Below, piece by piece: positions 59,901-64,000 of a DNA stretch of 64,000 nucleotides. The stretch lies in NCBI GenBank assembly GCA_002269645.1, contig NIVC01000677.1, forward strand, positions 434,001-498,000, given 5' to 3'. Under the pieces are notes generated by a model. That model searched no databases. It saw only the letters and a program-made list of their open reading frames with translations, and was not told the DNA's origin. Position 1 is the first letter of the stretch, and every line of letters begins with the position of its first letter. This DNA comes from Macrostomum lignano. Lineage: Eukaryota. A program made the position numbers and the translations under genes.

Positions 59901-62885
59901 CATCATACATCACGGAATCAGACAGTGGACCATCATACATCAGGGAATCAGACAGTGACCATCATACATCACGGAATCAGACAGTGGACCATCATACATC
60001 AGGGAACCAGACAGTGGACCATCATACATCAGGTAATCAGACAGTGACCATCATACATCACGGAATCAGACAGTGGACCATCATACATCAGGGAATCAGA
60101 CAGTGGACCATCATACATCAGGGAATCAGACAGTGGACCATCATACATCAGGTAATCAGACAGTGGACCATCATACATCAGGGAATCAGACAGTGGACCA
60201 TCATACATCACGGAATCAGACAGTGACCATCATACATCAGGGAATCAGACAGTGGACCATCATACATCACGGAATCAGACAGTGACGATCATACATCAGG
60301 GAATCAGACAGTGGACCATCATACATCAGGGAATCAGACAGTGGACCATCATACATCAGGGAATCAGACAGTGGACCATCATAGATCAGGGAATCAGACA
60401 GTGAACCATCATACATCAGGGAATCAGACAGTGACGATCATACATTATCAGGGAATCAGACAGTGGACCATCATTCATCAGGGAATCAGACAGTGGACCA
60501 TCATACATCAGGTAATCAGACAGTGACCATCATACCTGGTACATCATGGAATCAGACAGTGGACCATCATACATCAGGGAACCAGACAGTGGACCATCAT
60601 ACATCAGGGAATCAGACAGTGGACCATCATACATCAGGGAATCAGACAGTGACCATCATACATCAGGGAATCAGACAGTGGACCATCATACATCACGGAA
60701 TCAGACAGTGGACCATCATACATCAGGGAATCAGACAGTGGACCATCATTCATCAGGGAATCAGACAGTGGACCATCATACATCAGGGAATCAGACAGTG
60801 GACCATCATAGATCAGGGAATCAGACAGTGAACCATCATACATCAGGGAATCAGACAGTGACGATCATACATTATCAGGGAATCAGACAGTGGACCATTA
60901 TACATCAGGGAATCAGACAGTGGACCATCATACATCACGGAATCAGACAGTGGACCATCATACATCAGGGAACAGACAGTGGACCATCATACATCAGGGA
61001 ATCAGACAGTGACGATCATACATTATCAGGGAATCAGACAGTGGACCATCATAGATCAGGGAATCAGACAGTGACGATCATACATTATCAGGGAATCAGA
61101 CAGTGGACCATCATACATCAGGGAATCAGACAGTGACGATCATACATTATCAGGGAATCAGACAGTGGACCATCATACATCAGGGAATCAGACAGTGACG
61201 ATCATACATTATCAGGGAATCAGACAGTGGACCATCATACATCAGGGAATCAGACAGTGGACCATCATAGATCAGGGAATCAGACAGTGACGATCATACA
61301 TTATCAGGGAATCAGACAGTGACGATCATACATTATCAGGGAATCAGACAGTGACGATCATACATTATCAGGGAATCAGACAGTGACGATCATACATTAT
61401 CAGGGAATCAGACAGTGGACCATCATAGATCAGGGAATCAGACAGTGACGATCATACATTATCAGGGAATCAGACAGTGGACCATCATACATCATGGAAT
61501 CAGACAGTGGACCATCATACATCAGGGAATCAGACAGTGACGATCATACATTATCAGGGAATCAGACAGTGGACCATCATACATCAGGGAATCAGACAGT
61601 GACGATCATACATTATCAGGGAATCAGACAGTGGACCATCATACATCAGGGAATCAGACAGTGGACCATCATAGATCAGGGAATCAGACAGTGACGATCA
61701 TACATTATCAGGGAATCAGACAGTGACGATCATACATTATCAGGGAATCAGACAGTGGACCATCATGCATCAGGGAATCCGACAGTGGACCATCCATCAG
61801 GGAATCAGACAGTGGACCATTATACATCAGGGAATCAGACAGTGGACCATCATACATCAGGGAATCAGACAGTGAACCATCATACATCAGGTAATCAGAC
61901 AGTGACGATCATACATCATGGAATCAGACAGTGGACCATCATACATCATGGAATCAGACAGTGACGATCATACATCACGGAATCAGACAGTGGACCATCA
62001 TACATCAGGGAATCAGACAGTGGACCATCATACATCACGGAATCAGACAGTGACCATCATACATCACGGAATCAGACAGTGGACCATCATACATCAGGTA
62101 ATCAGACAGTGGACCATCATACATCAGGTAATCAGACAGTGACCATCATACATCAGGTAATCAGACAGTGACCATCATACATCAGGGAATCAGACAGTGG
62201 ACCATCATACATCACGGAATCAGACAGTGGACCATCATACATCAGGGAATCAGACAGTGACCATCATACATCACGGAATCAGACAGTGGACCATCATACA
62301 TCAGGGAACCAGACAGTGGACCATCATACATCAGGTAATCAGACAGTGACCATCATACATCACGGAATCAGACAGTGGACCATCATACATCAGGGAATCA
62401 GACAGTGGACCATCATACATCAGGGAATCAGACAGTGGACCATCATACATCAGGTAATCAGACAGTGGACCATCATACATCAGGGAATCAGACAGTGGAC
62501 CATCATACATCACGGAATCAGACAGTGGACCATCATACATCAGGGAATCAGACAGTGGACCATCATACATCAGGGAATCAGACAGTGACGATCATACATT
62601 ATCAGGGAATCAGACAGTGGACCATCATACATCAGGGAATCAGACAGTGGACCATCATACATCAGGTAATCAGACAGTGGACCATCATACATCAGGGAAT
62701 CAGACAGTGGACCATCATACATCACGGAATCAGACAGTGGACCATCATACATCAGGGAATCAGACAGTGGACCATCATACATCAGGGAATCAGACAGTGA
62801 CGATCATACATTATCAGGGAATCAGACAGTGGACCATCATACATCAGGGAATCAGACAGTGGACCATCATACATCAGGGAATCAA
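56915..62885. repeat. ~6-kb 30-bp minisatellite with 29- and 33-bp variants, filling an iGluR intron
   Basis: Unit TCAGGGAATCAGACAGTGGACCATCATACA; variants ...GTGACCATC... and ...GTGACGATCATACATTA. Confidence 0.97.
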
Positions 62886-62986
62886 ACATATTTTCGCGCA
62901 CAAGCCAGGAACGAAAGTGGTGGCGCGCGAAATTAAAACCAGTGATTGTGGCACGAGACTGCAGTACTCCAGCAGTCTAAACTTAC

Positions 62987-63241
62987 TGAAGGTGCACAAA
63001 CGGTCAGAGTCCGATTCTTGAAGTCCACAAAGGCGTTGGAGAAGACGAGACTCCGGCCGGACACTGTCCGAAGCACTCGCAGGCTGGCGTTGGCCGGGTA
63101 GAACCGGGCGCTCTCTACAAAGTCGACTGGCTGATCGGCCAGCTCGTTGAAGGTGGCCGCGAACTCAACGTAGGGAGCCTCGAGACGGTTCGAGCTTGCG
63201 TTGTAGCTGATCACCGAGCGGAAGGTGTCCAGGCCTCGCAG
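62987..63241 (-). CDS. iGluR exon (ATD end / S1 start)
   Basis: LRGLDTFRSVISYN...FKNRTLTVCAPS; CCGCAG acceptor and GTAAGT donor; 255 nt, phase 0/0. Confidence 0.8.
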
Positions 63242-63529
63242 CTGCGGATGAAGCATTTCATCTATTTCTTGATTTTTTTCAACAATGAAGTACCTTCGTT
63301 TAATATGGGAGCTTCTTTCTCTGCACGCGAGTCCGAAAGAGAGATTCAAAAGGCCTGGACCGACTGAAAGAAGACGCCTGGAATAGAAAGACTGATCGAA
63401 GCCATTGTACAAAAACGGGGCCTTTTGACCTCTAGTAAGTGAAGTTTTTTTACAACTATGTAGCAAGTACTTAACTTCCAGGTACAAACGATACGAACAA
63501 ATATGTATGCTAAACTTCCATTGAATTAC

Positions 63530-63688
63530 CGAACTGATGAAGCCGGACACGGAGTTGCCACCGATCCACGGCTGCAAGGGCAGGCAGGTAGCGTTGCTAG
63601 CCGGATGCGAGTCGCCTGTGCTGTTGGCGAAGTCGTTGAATGCTTTGCCAAGAGCAGTCAAGGCGTCCGTAAACCGGTACTCTAGGCT
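63530..63688 (-). CDS. iGluR exon (amino-terminal domain); further exons lie outside the window
   Basis: FTDALTALGKAF...CLPLQPWIGGNSV resembles the ATD C..(P)W..G motif; GTAATT donor, phase 0. The acceptor position is tentative. Confidence 0.65.
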
Positions 63689-63797
63689 CTGGGGTAATGA
63701 GGACAATGCGAGGAAGCTTCGGCATCACGTCATCGTCAGCATGCGTAATTTACAAACATGAAGTGTCATCCTCTCGTAGCAATAGACAGCCGTTCCG

Positions 63798-64000
63798 AGG
63801 CCATAGACAATCTCTCAAAACATGGCAGGAGTTTTGAGGCCATAGACAATCTCTCAAAACATGCCAGGAGTTTTGAGGCCATAGACAATCTCTCAAAACA
63901 TGGCAGGAGTTTTGAGGCCATAGACAATCTCTCAAAACATGCCAGGAGTTCCGAGGCCATAGACAATCTCTCAAAACATGCCAGGAGTTTTGAGGCCATA
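63798..64000. repeat. 39-bp minisatellite running off the window
   Basis: Unit GGCCATAGACAATCTCTCAAAACATG(G/C)CAGGAGTTTTGA. Confidence 0.93.

Overview
Eukaryotic (metazoan) genomic DNA, not prokaryotic: GT-AG introns, GC-rich exons and introns packed with locus-specific minisatellites. This style is consistent with a flatworm such as Macrostomum (inference only). Host genes: intronless MRPL12 (8572-9168 +); an insect-type arylalkylamine N-acetyltransferase-like GNAT (14089-14790 +); two-exon FANK1 (24810-30727 +); a two-exon divergent protein kinase (31993-34264 +); a two-exon secreted/GPI-type Ly6/uPAR-domain glycoprotein (37015-38504 +); a two-exon divergent rhodopsin-class GPCR (42982-49672 +); and eight exons of a 5'-truncated ionotropic glutamate receptor (63688-52691 -). 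There is also one orphan Pro-rich ORF. Mobile DNA: a Mutator/MULE-type element with a 9-bp TSD (524-3755), a THAP/P-element with an 8-bp TSD inserted in a minisatellite (15614-19686), two tRNA-headed SINE families (one MIR/CORE-like) and LTR-like fragments. More than 20 different tandem arrays are present. The most unusual observations are a 64-bp 28S rDNA fragment mutated exactly at the R2/I-PpoI cut site, a P-element transposase broken mostly by single-base indels in short base runs (possibly intact in vivo), a kinase with mixed AGC/TK motifs, and motif links between transposon ends and several minisatellites. All exon structures and counts were derived by hand.
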